A stretch of DNA of 64,000 nt from Bugula neritina (taxonomy: Eukaryota > Animalia > Bryozoa), in NCBI GenBank assembly GCA_964035545.1, contig OZ037766.1, positions 62,001 to 126,000 of the forward strand, read 5' to 3'. Made by a program: the position numbers and the translations under genes. Positions 49,901 through 62,700 of the stretch are shown in pieces. Position 1 is the first letter of the stretch. The number at the start of each line of letters is the position of its first letter. The notes under the pieces are model-generated. The model searched no databases, was not told the DNA's origin, and saw nothing but the letters and a program-made list of their open reading frames with translations.

Positions 49901-51347
49901 AATGCTTCCTGCAAGAGAAAGAAATACGGGCGTGAGTGATACAGCCTATCTTTGTTCAAGGAGCTTTACACAAACACACCTACTGGAAACAAAGAGATGA
50001 ATATAAAGAGAAGGGATGGGTATTTGGTATGACTGAGTTAGTTAATATTTACCTGGGAATAGTAGGTGCATAGTGAGTTATATTTACCTGGGAATAGTAG
50101 GTGCATAATGAGTTATATTTACCTGGGAATAGTAGGTGCATAGTGAGTTATATTTACCTGGGAATAGTAGGTGCATAGTGAGTTATATTTACCTGGGAAT
50201 AGTAGGTGCATAATGAGTTATATTTACCTGGGAATAGTAGGTGCATAACGAGTTATATTTACCTGGGAATAGTAGGTGCATAATGAGTTATATTTACCTG
50301 GGAATAGTAGGTGCATAATGAGTTATATTTACCTGGGAATAGTAGGTGCATAAACTGGCAGTATGCAGCACCTGTAACAGAGGAGATAGCGAGAGAGTAG
50401 TAGTAGCGGCAGCAAGGCAGCAGTAGTAGTACGATACATGAGTTAGTCTGCACTACTACCACCACACATCTATTAACATCACACTAATTATAGTCAACAG
50501 ATAATCTATTCTTAACTCCTACAAACATGATAAGAAATCACAATCAATACAGAGACTGAAGGCAGCAGCTGCCCGTATAACATTAGTCATCAGTGAGTCA
50601 TTTCTCTAACAGCGTTCCTAGTAGTTGGGGCCAACAGAGCAGTACTAACAGTATAGTAACTCACTCACAGTAGTGAAGTAGTAACTCACTCACAGTAGTG
50701 AAGTAGTAACTCGCTCACAGTAGTGAAGTAGTAACTCACACAGTAGTGAAGTAGTAACTCACACACAGTAGTGAAGTAGTAACTCACACAGTAGTGAAGT
50801 AGTAACTCACACAGTAGTGAAGTAATAACTCACAGTAGTGAAGTAGTAACTCACACAGTAGTGAAGTAATAACTCACTCACAGTAGTGAAGTAGTGACTC
50901 ACTCAGTAGTGAAGTAGTGACTCACACAGTAGTGAAGTAATAACTCACAGTAGTGAAGTAGTAACTCACACAGTAGTGAAGTAGTGACTCATACAGTAGC
51001 GAAGTAGTGACTCACACAGTAGTGAAGTAGTAACTCACACAGTAGTGAAGTAGTGACTCACTCACAGTAGTGAAGTAGTAACTCACACAGTAGTGAAGTA
51101 GTAACTCACACAGTAGTGAAGTAGTGACTCACACAGTAGTGAAGTAGTAACTCACTCACAGTAATGAAGTAGTGACTCACTCAGTAGTGAAGTAGTGACT
51201 CACACAGTAGTGAAGTAGTGACTCACCAGTACATAACTGCTCTATCTTGCTGAAAGTTGACTCTAGTGTATTATTAACCCAGGCAAGCATGTCGTGTCTA
51301 CTCAAGTTATCTGAGGTGCTGCTTGTACTAAACACGTTCACCGCCAT
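46995..51347 (-). CDS. MAPRE1: Microtubule end-binding protein EB1 (RP/EB family), ~264 aa
   Basis: Exons 51347-51227, 50371-50333, 49908-49802, 49004-48788, 48293-48190, 47974-47822, 47048-46995. CH domain (MAVNVFSTS...[11 protein letters not shown]...GAAYCQFM...[18 protein letters not shown]), EBH domain ([16 protein letters not shown]), acidic C-terminus DDEY. Confidence 0.94.
47116..47855 (-). repeat. 33-41-bp minisatellite duplicating the EB1 exon-6 donor (TACGCTACAGAG|GTAAGT)
   Basis: About 20 units; the longest variants copy ~33 coding nt. Confidence 0.95.
49025..49797. repeat. 32-bp minisatellite (AGTATACTAACTACTAACTATATACTCTGAAT)
   Basis: Fills EB1 intron 3. Confidence 0.95.
50047..50352 (-). 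repeat. 35-bp minisatellite duplicating the EB1 exon-2 donor (ATGCACCTACTATTCCCAG|GTAAAT)
   Basis: Eight intronic copies plus the true junction. Confidence 0.95.
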
Positions 51348-51825
51348 GGCTGTGTCTTCCTTTATCTGCACCACATAAACATACACATGATATTAGCTGT
51401 ATGTGTAGCTAGTTATAACTCTACACTATACACTGTACCATTAGTATTCACACTCCTACTACTACTCTGATATTCATAATGTCATACATTGACAACCATA
51501 CTTACACTTCTATAGTCTTAAGTCAATGAGAACTACAATTGAATTCAGCAACAAAATCAAAAATATCCCCATGACAGTGACTTTGAACATTACTACTGCA
51601 ATTACAACTACAAAACCTTATGATTATCTCATTGTGACTAGGACTAACTTAATGCTAAAGTGCATCTGTCATCTAAGAGTAATTATTTACCAAAAAGAAA
51701 ACAATTATGACATCTACAAAATAATTATATTATTATTTTTTAGTCTTCATCGGCATTATTAGATTAATTCAATACATGTGTTGGTTAGTAATAACTATAA
51801 GTAGCTGTAATAACTAATACCTTTA

Positions 51826-52169
51826 GCCTAGGGCCACACGGTGCGTATTTTTGCATGCGAAAATTGAAATCACAAGTAGCAAAGGTGTCCACTGTACGCG
51901 TTGAGAAAACATTCTCACTTGTCGCTCTGCATTCTGAACACAAGTGCGAATCGTCTTTGTCGTCGTCACCTAATTGGCTGGTAGTTATTCAGCGAGCCGA
52001 ATTTCTTTATTTTAGTGCTACATTCCAGTAAATTGCATTTTATTCAAAGCGAGTGTGATTTAAAAATGAAAGCTTCATTTATCACGCATCACTGACGCTA
52101 CAGTGGACACCTTTGCTACTTGTGATTTCAATTTTCGCGTGCGAAAATACGCACAATGTGGCCCTAGGC
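51826..52169. mobile_element. PIF/Harbinger-type (Tourist-like) MITE, 344 bp
   Basis: ~70-bp TIR GCCTAGGGCCACA...AAAGGTGTCCACTGTA; TTA TSD at 51823-51825 and 52170-52172. Confidence 0.82.
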
Positions 52170-54453
52170 TTACCCAAATCATTTACTAACTAACTCAGTA
52201 AGTGCATGAGTGGAAGTAAATTTAATCATAACCCAATGATCATGAAGATTATAATAATTGTAGGCTTAATTCTATTACTTATAGTTAGGGTAAACAAACT
52301 GCTATCCATTTCATACACAAAATGAATAATAAATTAATGCACTAGATAACCACATGAATGATACTAGTTTACATATTTATTCATAATGCATCCCAGCTCT
52401 CTTTTCTCCCAACATGTTTTTAAAACAAAAAATATATTCATCAACTGTGTGCTGCCATCTAACAATAACAATGTCAATATGAATATCAGAATATGAAAAC
52501 CTAAACCAAAAGAGCAGTTTCCCTCTCAACACCTACATATCATAATTTAATAAATAAGCATATGATGAAATGAGATGTGCAAGTTACTAATACTTGTGAT
52601 ACTTATTATAACTATACGTATAAATATTACCATTAGCAATATTAATAACGATACTATTAGTATAACTATAAGTATTACTAATAATTAATACCAGCAAGTG
52701 CAACCTAAAATGTTATACTAATACGAATACTAATAGTGATAGTAATAGTAATACGAATACTAATAGTGATAGTAATAGTAATACGAATACTAATGGCTGT
52801 CGAAATGAGTTAGAAAAAGAATAACGACTCCAAGACAACAGAAAATGAGGAATAACTAACAAAAATAAGTGTAACATTGTGACATTATGGTTATGATTAG
52901 GTTTAACTAATGCCTTAGCCCTTATGCCAATGGTAAATGTAAATTAAAATTGTAATACTAAATCTAACAGTAATTAGTAATACTAATAGCAATACTATTA
53001 GTATTAGTGAGTATTAGTATCACTGTTAGTGTTACCAGTAATAGTATTACTATTAGTATTTATATTACATTAGTATAACTATAAGTATAAGACTTTATAA
53101 CTAATAGTAATACTATAAGTATAAGTATTAGTATAACTATAACATTAATATTAATAATATTAAATTTAATAAAATAATTATATTATACTTTAAAACTATT
53201 CTAACTTTAGTGAAAACTTTAACTTCAACTTCAAGTTAATATCCCTATTACATTTACTGTAATACAAATACATAGATTGTGCTTAGTGGTGTGACTTCAA
53301 AATAAACCTCTAAAAATAATAGAAATCGCACGCTTCACAGTAAGTCTAATTCTTAGTTGCTCTGGATGGGGCTTATGATTACTATTAGATTCGGTACCAC
53401 TGAAGATGACTAGTGCGTCACTATGACCGAGTGATCAGTTTAAAGTTTCTCTTCTCAAAGTTCGCCAATGAGCATGCGTTTGTATTCATTTCCGTGTAAC
53501 TGCAGTCTCAACATGATTATAACAAGGTCAGAATATTAATTTTCAGTTATTGAAAATTTAAAAAAAAAATAAAACAAATGTTTTATTTTACATATTCCAA
53601 TTATTTTCAAAATTACAAAGAAAACAATAATAGACGCTGCGTAGTCCGACAGAGACAACAACTCCAATGTCATACGAAGACTATAACCGCTCACTTAAAG
53701 AATCCCTGACCCACTTTACTTATATAGCATGAAAATATTCATCTATATCTTAGCTATCAATTAAGCATCCCTTTAAGGGTGGATGGCTATACTATTTCAT
53801 TTTATAACAACTTTAGTGCATGCATGTCCAAAAAACTTTCGGATTTCTAAGCTCTCAGTGCACACGTATTACGCCGGTTTCCGGTCTGCTTCGAGTCCTA
53901 GTTACTGTATAACTAATAGTAATAATTGCATACTTTCGCAGCGTGTTATTTTTAGCCACTGCAACACACAGATAAATCACTATACTGACATAAATTTTAA
54001 AACACAGAGTACAACTAATGCTCAATGAAAAAAACAAATGATACCATATTATTATTGATATTAGAAGCTAAAGTTACTTCCGTTAGAAATTTTGAGCATC
54101 GGAAAAATGAAATAGCCTCACCCTCACGATGTAATTAGAACGGGTGGCTAAGTACGGTGATAACACGATATTGTTAAAAGAAATTAGCTAAATCCAACGA
54201 GTGGCAAACTTTTCTATAAAACGTTACAAATAATTGCATATTCAATTATGTAACTTATTACGCTTCCAAATAGATTATCATTACCGTAACCGGATATTAC
54301 CAATATAACCTGTGCCTAGTAGTACTACTACTAGTAGTAGTCGCTCGCTATCTATATAAATTCGATTTCATATTCATATTGCTATTGGACTCTAATGAAC
54401 AAACTTATTACCTATATAGTATATTACTAGTTACACTTGCACTTACTGTCGAC

Positions 54454-55636
54454 ATGACTACACGAATGGCTTCAAGTTCAAAAGGCAAATGCAAAAGAAG
54501 AGTGTGTGAAGCTGCAATGTGTTCGTACAAGGAAAAACACATGTTTAAATGGCCTGCTGATACTCACTGATACTCATACTGTGTGTGGTGAAAAATGGAC
54601 CAAGTTTGTCAATACGAAAAGAAAAAACTTTCTGCCTGATAACAACTCTCGTTTGTGTTTTCGGCATTTTGGTGATGAACAATTTACAAATATGGGCATG
54701 TATAAAGCAAAACTCATTAACATGTAAGTGAATAACTCACTCAAACTCATAGTGATACTGACTTAGTGATTGTGATAGAATTAGACGATAATGATAGTTT
54801 TTTAATGTTGATTTTCAACAATAAGTATAACTATAACTATTAAGTATTACTACAAGTTGGTATAAGTCAATAGGATTGTCATGACCGTGTTGATTCAATT
54901 TCATGTGACTATGACATAAACTTGCAAGTACAAGTTTGCATTTATGATTTACACGATAACCATTATTGTAAAGAAATTCATTTATAATGGCGATAATATG
55001 AAAGACTTATGATTATCAGAATGTGTCATAGTCACTTGGATACATACCATTAATATTATGATTCATACGCACTGATACTCATGCTATGAGTATGATACTG
55101 GTAATGGTGCCCATCATCAATACCAGTAAAAATTAATGGTAAATATTGTTCACTTAGCTTATTGAAAGAATAAAAATTCATTGTCTTTGATTTACTCTTT
55201 AGATTGCATTTAGAGAAAACAGCAGTCCCAACTATTCATTTAGTGGAAACTGAGGGTGCAACTGGATGCACTCCATTAACTCCTCGGAAACAAAGTCAGC
55301 AGGCGGCCACTATCACACCTAAAGAAGCTCGCTGGTTAAAAAGATCAGACCCTGGTTTTCTGTAAGGATTATAATATTGAAAATGCGATCTTGAGCAATA
55401 AAATTGAAATATGATATAGACAGCAATTGAGATTTTCTGCAGCTGTTTCAATAATACTTTTCCATTTACCTTCATATATAATAATATTTTAGAGCTTTGC
55501 CAAGTCAAACTAAAAAACCAGCTCTCAATCTTAAGCCAGAAGAGAAGGGCCTACAGAAAGGAATAGGACACAATAAATATGTGCAAACACCTAAAAGGAT
55601 GCAGAAAAAGATTAGAAGCAAAGCTGTTCAATGCTG
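54454..55636 (+). pseudogene. THAP-domain N-terminus of Kolobok transposase; frameshifted, no DDE core recognisable
   Basis: C2CH signature CEAAMC...KWP...W...LCFRHF, then spliced (54723/55203) to LHLEKTAVPTI (AVPTI box). A tandem duplication CTGATACTCA near 54556-54575 breaks the frame. Confidence 0.8.
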
Positions 55637-56365
55637 GTATATAGAAATATGGCGAAATAGTATTGATCACTTAGCTCAAAAACTGAATTCATAGCTTTTC
55701 TCCATATTTATTTTTATTTAAAATGCATGTTCTAATGCAACAAAAAACAAATATTTTTGTGTAATGGAAATAATATTTTTAATTTTCCACCTCAAGGTGT
55801 GTCAAAAATAAATTTGGACAATATATCTACTTGTAGTCTCAGTTTCCATTGAAATGTAAATATTCGTTTTCACTGTAGAGCAGCTGTATGTTTGGTTTTG
55901 TTGGTACTTTATTAGAGCCATAAATAGCAATGTGAAAACAATAAATAGCAATAAATAAAACAATATATTGGTAAAAATATGTAAAAAGTTATACTATGTC
56001 ACAAAGTTTCATAAAAACAATATTGTTATATTATATTATATTACATTGCATAAGATATTCTAGTGTACTAGGAATATGGCAATACCTGATTGCTCTACAT
56101 AACTAAGTAGTGAAGTAAATTCTATTTGTTGAATCAAAATTCAAGCATTGTAGAATATGATCTTAGAGTCACTTGAAAAGTTCAGCGCAAAAATAGTCAC
56201 CATATTGAAGTATATTCACCATTATTGCAACTCAAACTCGACGGTAAATTAATTTCAAAGGTCAGGGAGATTGCAAATAATGAGGTTTATTCTCATAGTA
56301 AGCTGTACACACTACAAGAGGCAGTAGCAACTGACTGCTACTAAAAATCACCAGAGTGTTAATGT

Positions 56366-58079
56366 TCATAAATCTTCATTGCACACGAATTTGCTGAACA
56401 TCCATTCAGCAAATTCTTCCTCATCATCAGTTGGGGGGAATGTAGCTTGCACCCAATCATATAAGCAAGCTGGTAAAGGGCGTCTCTCACCTTTTTTAAT
56501 ATCTGGAAACAGCCAGAACACCAAAAACCGGTAGCTGCAGAACCTTTTTTAGTGTTGAGAGAATGGGCCTTCTCATCAAACAAATCATCTACCAAAATAT
56601 ATGATTGGCTAAATAATCAAGTAAGACTATCTAGAAAAACTAACAATGACAGTTACTGATATACAGTAGCAATTGACTAACCATGATATCTCAGGTAGCT
56701 GCTGTATGCAACTTCTAATACAGCTGGTTGCGTCAATTGCTGTACTCCCGGGTGCTGTGTTATACATTCCATGCTGCTATCTAATCGAAGGTTTGCAGCA
56801 TGATCACGGCAACAAACAGACTGTTCCACTGTAGGCTGATTTTGGCAGCGGTGGCAAGTGCACCACTCCGTGGCTGGCCTTATATTTTTCTACAAAACAA
56901 ACAAGCTTTTCTAAAAACGTTATTACCAGTATCATCCACATTAAGTCCATTAATTACTGTGTCTAAATTTGTTTCCTGTACTTTTCTTTGTATTGAAAAT
57001 TGAGTCCAATGAGGCTGAAGTTTGAAAATACTTTAAAATCATGGGTTTTAAAATATTCCAAGTTTGCATTACTGTTCAAACTATTTTTATATTTATAGTT
57101 AAAAATTAATTAGATTTTTTGTATTAAAACAAACTCATAATTTTTGCTATGAAATAAACTAATTTTCAGGAATTTTAAAATATTTTATTGTTGTTAGTAC
57201 TATATGTTATACTATAAAAGCAGAAATTCAGAGAAATAAGGGGCTTAGAAATAAAATACTAAATACTATCATCGTGAATGCAAGTTTGACATGATTATGT
57301 ATGTGATTAACTTATTTTGTTAAGGATCGGTATAACTACAATTACAATAAAAGTGAATAATAATTATCATTATTATGCATTTATAAAAATACAGTCTTTC
57401 CCTTGACTTAAATTATCAGGTAAATCTAACTACAAATAATTAATACTAATACCTGTATTGGTAGTAGTAATAACAAAATTAGTATTGATCAAATATTTAA
57501 TTACTTGACTGGAATTTGTAATCATTAAATTTAATGATTATCACTTTATTATTAATAATATTATATAAACTGATAGCAATCATCAAATATTTAGCTTGTA
57601 ATTTGATATCATGCTTGCTCTAAAGCTTTAGTAGCACAAAACTCAGCTATATTAACTAATTAAGCCAGGATCAATACGAGCCTTGGCATTGAGCATTGGC
57701 ATTACGATTACAAAATGAAAATTAAATATAATAATTATAATAATTTATAACTTATACTAGCTTATACTTATAACTTAAAGTATTACTATTACTATTAGTA
57801 TTACGGTATTAGTACTACTATTAGTAACACTATAGTTTATAAAATTAAATCTTACTGATACTGTAAAATTATAAATATTATCACCTGTTGCTCATCAGTA
57901 ACATTAAAATCCTTGTCATGACTATCATCTCCATTTTCATCTTGATACGTAAACGGCTCAAACTGATAGCCCATTACTTCAGAAATCTCAGTGACAGCGT
58001 GAGTGTGATTGTCATAGTCATACTCATTGCGATTCTCACTGTGCTCAAAGTATTCTTCGTCAGAGCCAGATATGTTCAT
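56366..58079 (-). pseudogene. KolX-like accessory protein (P2X7 cytoplasmic ballast/zinc-binding-like domain), one frameshift
   Basis: Exons 58079-57885, 56889-56682, 56588-56366: GYQFEP...EWCTCHRC...VCCR...CITQHP...[-1 in A-run ~56545-56550]...RFCSYRFLVFW...RRPLPAC...TFP. This is the characteristic ballast-domain pattern. Confidence 0.82.
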
Positions 58080-58828
58080 ATTGATATCGTATTTATGTTA
58101 TTTCTGTATTAGATTTAACTTTATCACAATTACACTGCACAGACTCGGACACGGTAAGTTAAAGTTGGTAGCTATGTCTTTATTGCCGCGAAATTTGTTT
58201 ATGAAATAAAACCTAAACTCCACAAAAAAACACTAATTGGGGGGCTAGACAGACGTCCGATAAATTAAAAATGCTAAAACTAAGGTTACATGCAACGGAA
58301 AATATAGCCTATATTTATTTTCCGAATGTCTTACAGGCGGCATTTCAATCTATTTCTCGCAACTGCGGTGTAATACGTCACAGAAAGGCGAAAAAATTTC
58401 TGGAAGTTTTTTGGACATGCATGCACTAAAAATGTTATAAAACAAAATTGTTTAGACCTGGAACCCTAAAAGAGTGTTAAAATAATAGCCAAGACATAGA
58501 TGAATATTTTCATGCTATATAAGTAAAGTGTGTCAGGAATTCTTTAAATAAAATATTCCATTTCAGTGCTTTATTGATTCCCTTTAGCCAATAGATAAAA
58601 GCAGGCCGCTGTGATGTTTGCAACAAAATTGATATTATAATAATTTGCTTTATAATTTAAAGCCCTGCTAAGTATATTGCCTTGCAGCATTCAATCCCGG
58701 TCAAAGAAAAAAATTAGCATCTCACAATTAAAACAATTAGTATATTTATACATGCATTTCTATTTCCAAGTGCATGCTTTGCTGGTAAGGTAACGATTAT
58801 AAAGCTGACAGCATTTGACTCCTCATCT

Positions 58829-59055
58829 GAGCAAAACAAGCACCTGCTAGAAGGAAAGCAGAGCAAGCACCTGCTAGAAGGAAAGCAAAGCAAGCACCTG
58901 CTAGAAGGAAAGCAGAGCAGACACCTGCTAGAAGGAAAGCAAAACAAGCACCTGCTAGAAGGAAAGCAAAGCAAGCACCTGCTAGAAGGAGAGAAACAAG
59001 CACCTGCTAGACTCTAGAAGAAGAGAAACAAGCACCTGCTAGACTCTAGAAGGAA
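58829..59055. repeat. 30-bp minisatellite (AGCAAAACAAGCACCTGCTAGAAGGAA...)
   Basis: Seven to eight units downstream of the MMP-like gene. Confidence 0.9.
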
Positions 59056-59761
59056 AACTGCAGATAGACTACACCTACAATCCCTCTTAAATACGTTACA
59101 CCTCTCCAGCTGCCACTAAAGCATCAAATCTTAGTCAGATATATTTTCATATTATATACTATTATATATTATTATAGTATAATGTAATATACATATATTA
59201 TAGTATTATATATTTCTATATGATGTGAGGTTCATAAAATAGTATATACTGCATGAATAGCATGAATAACAGCCTTGTACTGTGTTATCTAGATTTATTA
59301 AAAGCTGTGCAGGCAATAACAAACAAGTTGAAGAGATATAAATGATGATAGAGACACAAAGAAAGTAATAACTGAGCAAACACACACACAACTGCATGCA
59401 TATTATAGAACTAACTCTATACAAGAAATACAATATAAGAAATATACACTAAAAACATTATGTACAGTAAAAGTGGCACTGCCTATAATAACAAATTGGC
59501 AGCACAAATGCTGACTTTGTAGTGAGCATTAAATAGTATTACTGCAGTTTCTATTTTTAGCAATGTCACCAACGGGGAGGGAAACTCTAAGATATACGCT
59601 TGCTATAGCTGTATTGTAGATGCTATTATATAGTAACTGCTATAGCTGTATTGTAACTGCTATTATATTATTGTAACTGCTATAGCTGTATTGTAGTTGT
59701 AGATGCTATTATATATATGCAGGTTTAACTGCCATAGCCATCTGAGAGCTTGATTTGCCTG

Positions 59762-62700
59762 TTACAACATATAAAGTACGCCAACTACAAGCAAGATGGC
59801 GGAAATACGTCGGCTTCGAAGGTTAGCAGAATTTCTCCCACCAGGTGGAACATGTTTGCTGCTGACCATCTCGTCTCTACAATTCAGCTGACTGTCAACT
59901 GTTTTCCGACTCTTTTCATCAATTGCCATTTTCTCATCATCAAATCTCCAATAGTGTTCCCCGTGATAGAAGTAGACAACTCCTGTATAAGAGAATGTTA
60001 AGTCACTTGTATATCTATATTACATATTATATAATATCAAGTTACTTGTATGTCTATATTACATATTATATAATATCAAGTCACTTGTATATCTATATTA
60101 CATATTATATAATATCAAATATTTGCTGTTTGCTGCCACAAACTGACCATTGATTGACTCGGCAGCATCCACAGGCAGCCTCACGCCTTTCCAAACTCTC
60201 ATATTCCGAGGGTAGTTGGCCATGACTTCAGCACATGCTAGTTTATTCCGTCTGTTCCCTAGTCTCCAGTACATGTCATCTGAAGGTACCAGAGATGGTA
60301 TGACAGAGTATGACAGAATGTGACAGAATATGACAGAGTGTGACAGAGTGTGACAGAGTGTAATAAAATAAAATATTATGTTTAGGACACAATAACATCA
60401 ATTCAATAGACTAACAGGCTATACAACTTTACCACTGATAATGTAGGTGTGGTTATTGTGGGGCCACACAAACGCAGCGTCCACCTTTTTCACGTAGTGT
60501 TGCAAGCAGAAGTCGGCTATGGGACGTCCCCATATCGGTGTGCTCGCCTCTACGAAGTTGGTGTTCAGTGTGTAGTAGGAACTGCCTGCAACACCAGCCA
60601 ACAGATAACGCCCACTCATAGTATGACATGGCATTTATACAGCACATGAGTGACGCCAGTCACTTGGTTAACATGTGTTTGGAGTTGCTTTACCTATGAA
60701 TATGACCAGCTCTGGCTTGCCCCGCCCCTTTCGTTCGTAGTAAACTGCATCAATTCTGGTAAGATTCTTGGGGAGACCGTACCACAGAGAGTGAGTGATG
60801 ACAGCTTGATCTCTAACGATATTCGCTCTATCCAAGGACCAGAACAACTGCCACAGGAAATGCAATATGAGAGGCAAATCAAGGGGCACAAACTGGGGTA
60901 GCGATGAGTGCTTGTACACAAGACCTAGACAGAGGGAGGAGAGATAAGCAAAATAATTACATGATCTTTATAGAAGACGGTGATGTCCCTCGCGTGCTGC
61001 ACAGCGTCAACTCTACCAGGACATTTATCGGACGCGTTGGCAGTTACAGACGTCGTGTTGAATTCAGAAGTTGCAGCAGATTCCCCTGTAAAGATGCACA
61101 CAACTGTAGAATATTATATTTCAACAGTTAGGATATAATACAACTGTAGAATATTATATTTCAACAGTTAGGATATAACACAACTGTAGAATATTATATT
61201 TCAACAGTTAGGATATAATACAACTGTAGAATATTATATTTCAACAGTTAGGATATAACACAACTGTAGAATATTATATTTCAACAGTTAGGATATAATA
61301 CAACTGTAGAATATTATATTTCAACAGTTAGGATATAATACAACTGTAGAATATTATATTTCAACAGTTAGGATACAATACAACTGTAGAATATTATATC
61401 TCAACAGTTAGGATACAATACAACTGTAGAATATTATATTTCAACAGTTAGGATATAATACAACTGTAGAGTATTATATTTCAACAGTTATGTTATATTA
61501 CCTCGTGTTTTCACCAGAGTCAGCATTTGCTTCTCATAGACGCTGAGAGAGAGGCCATCCGAGGAGTTGTCGTACCACGGGTACATGACGGAGGAGCTGT
61601 TGTTAGAGTGCTCTAGTCCAAGAACATGTCCTATTTGATGAACAGCCACTGCATACAAACTCACACCACTACCTGCAGGGTAACATGTTACAGCGTGGTT
61701 AGCCAGGTGGAACACTAGCCAATAGAAGATGAGGTGAGATAATACTAGCCAATAGGAGGTGTGGTAGGATAAAACTAGCCAATAGGAGATGAGGTGAGAT
61801 AATACTAGCCAATAGGAGGTGTGGTAGAATAAAACTAGCCAATAGGAGATGAGGTAGAATTAATATTAGCCAATAGGGAGTGTTGCAGTACAAACCTATG
61901 GGGAGTGACAAATTGAGATTCCAGTCTTCTGCATCATCAAAGTGAACTTCTCCTCTCTTAAACTGGTCAGGGTAGAAGGAGTGTCCCAGAATACCCCCTG
62001 AAAGGTTTATCAACTATTACTTTAGTTACTGCTCTATCTAATAGAACTATATACCTGCTCTATCTAATAGAACTATATACCTGCTCTATCTAATAGAACT
62101 ATATACCTGCTCTATCTAATAGAACTACATACCTACTCTATCTAATAGAACTATATACCTGCTCTATCTAATAGAACTACATACCTGCTCTATCTAATAG
62201 AACTATATACCTGCTCTATCTAATATAACTATATACCTACTCTATCTAATAGAACTATATACCTTCTCCATCTAATAGAACTATATACCTGCTCTATATA
62301 ATATAACTATATACCTACTCTATCTAATAGAACTATATACCTACTCTATCTAATATAACTATATACCTACTCTATCTAATAGAACTATATACCTACTCTA
62401 TCTAATAGAACTATATACCTGCTCTATCTAATAGAACTACATACCTGCTCTATCTAATAGAACTATATACCTGCTCTATCTAATATAACTATATACCTAC
62501 TCTATCTAATAGAACTATATACCTTCTCCATCTAATAGAACTATATACCTACTCTATCTAATAGAACTATATACCTACTCTATCTAATAGAACTATATAC
62601 CTGCTCTATCTAATAGAACTATATACCTGCTCTATCTAATAGAACTATACACCTACTCTATCTAATAGAACTATATACCTGCTCTATCTAATAGAACTAT

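Larger units (their letters stand above)
53699..58543. mobile_element. Kolobok DNA transposon, internally deleted/non-autonomous (~4.85 kb)
   Basis: TTAA TSDs at 53695-53698 and 58544-58547; AG...CT termini; long imperfect TIR (AGAATCCCTGACCCACTTTACTTATATAGCATGAAAATATTCATCTA / reverse complement at 58497-58543, extending to ~150 bp). It carries a convergent THAP gene and KolX gene. Confidence 0.88.

Noticed and set aside
53783-58209. Short ORFs inside the Kolobok element as independent host genes
   Set aside because: They lie within the TIRs and are either fragments of the THAP/KolX genes or antisense noise.
60694-60924. Cys-rich ORF / longer MMP exon starting at 60924
   Set aside because: Hemopexin homology is in the frame starting at the acceptor at 60848; the upstream part is intronic.
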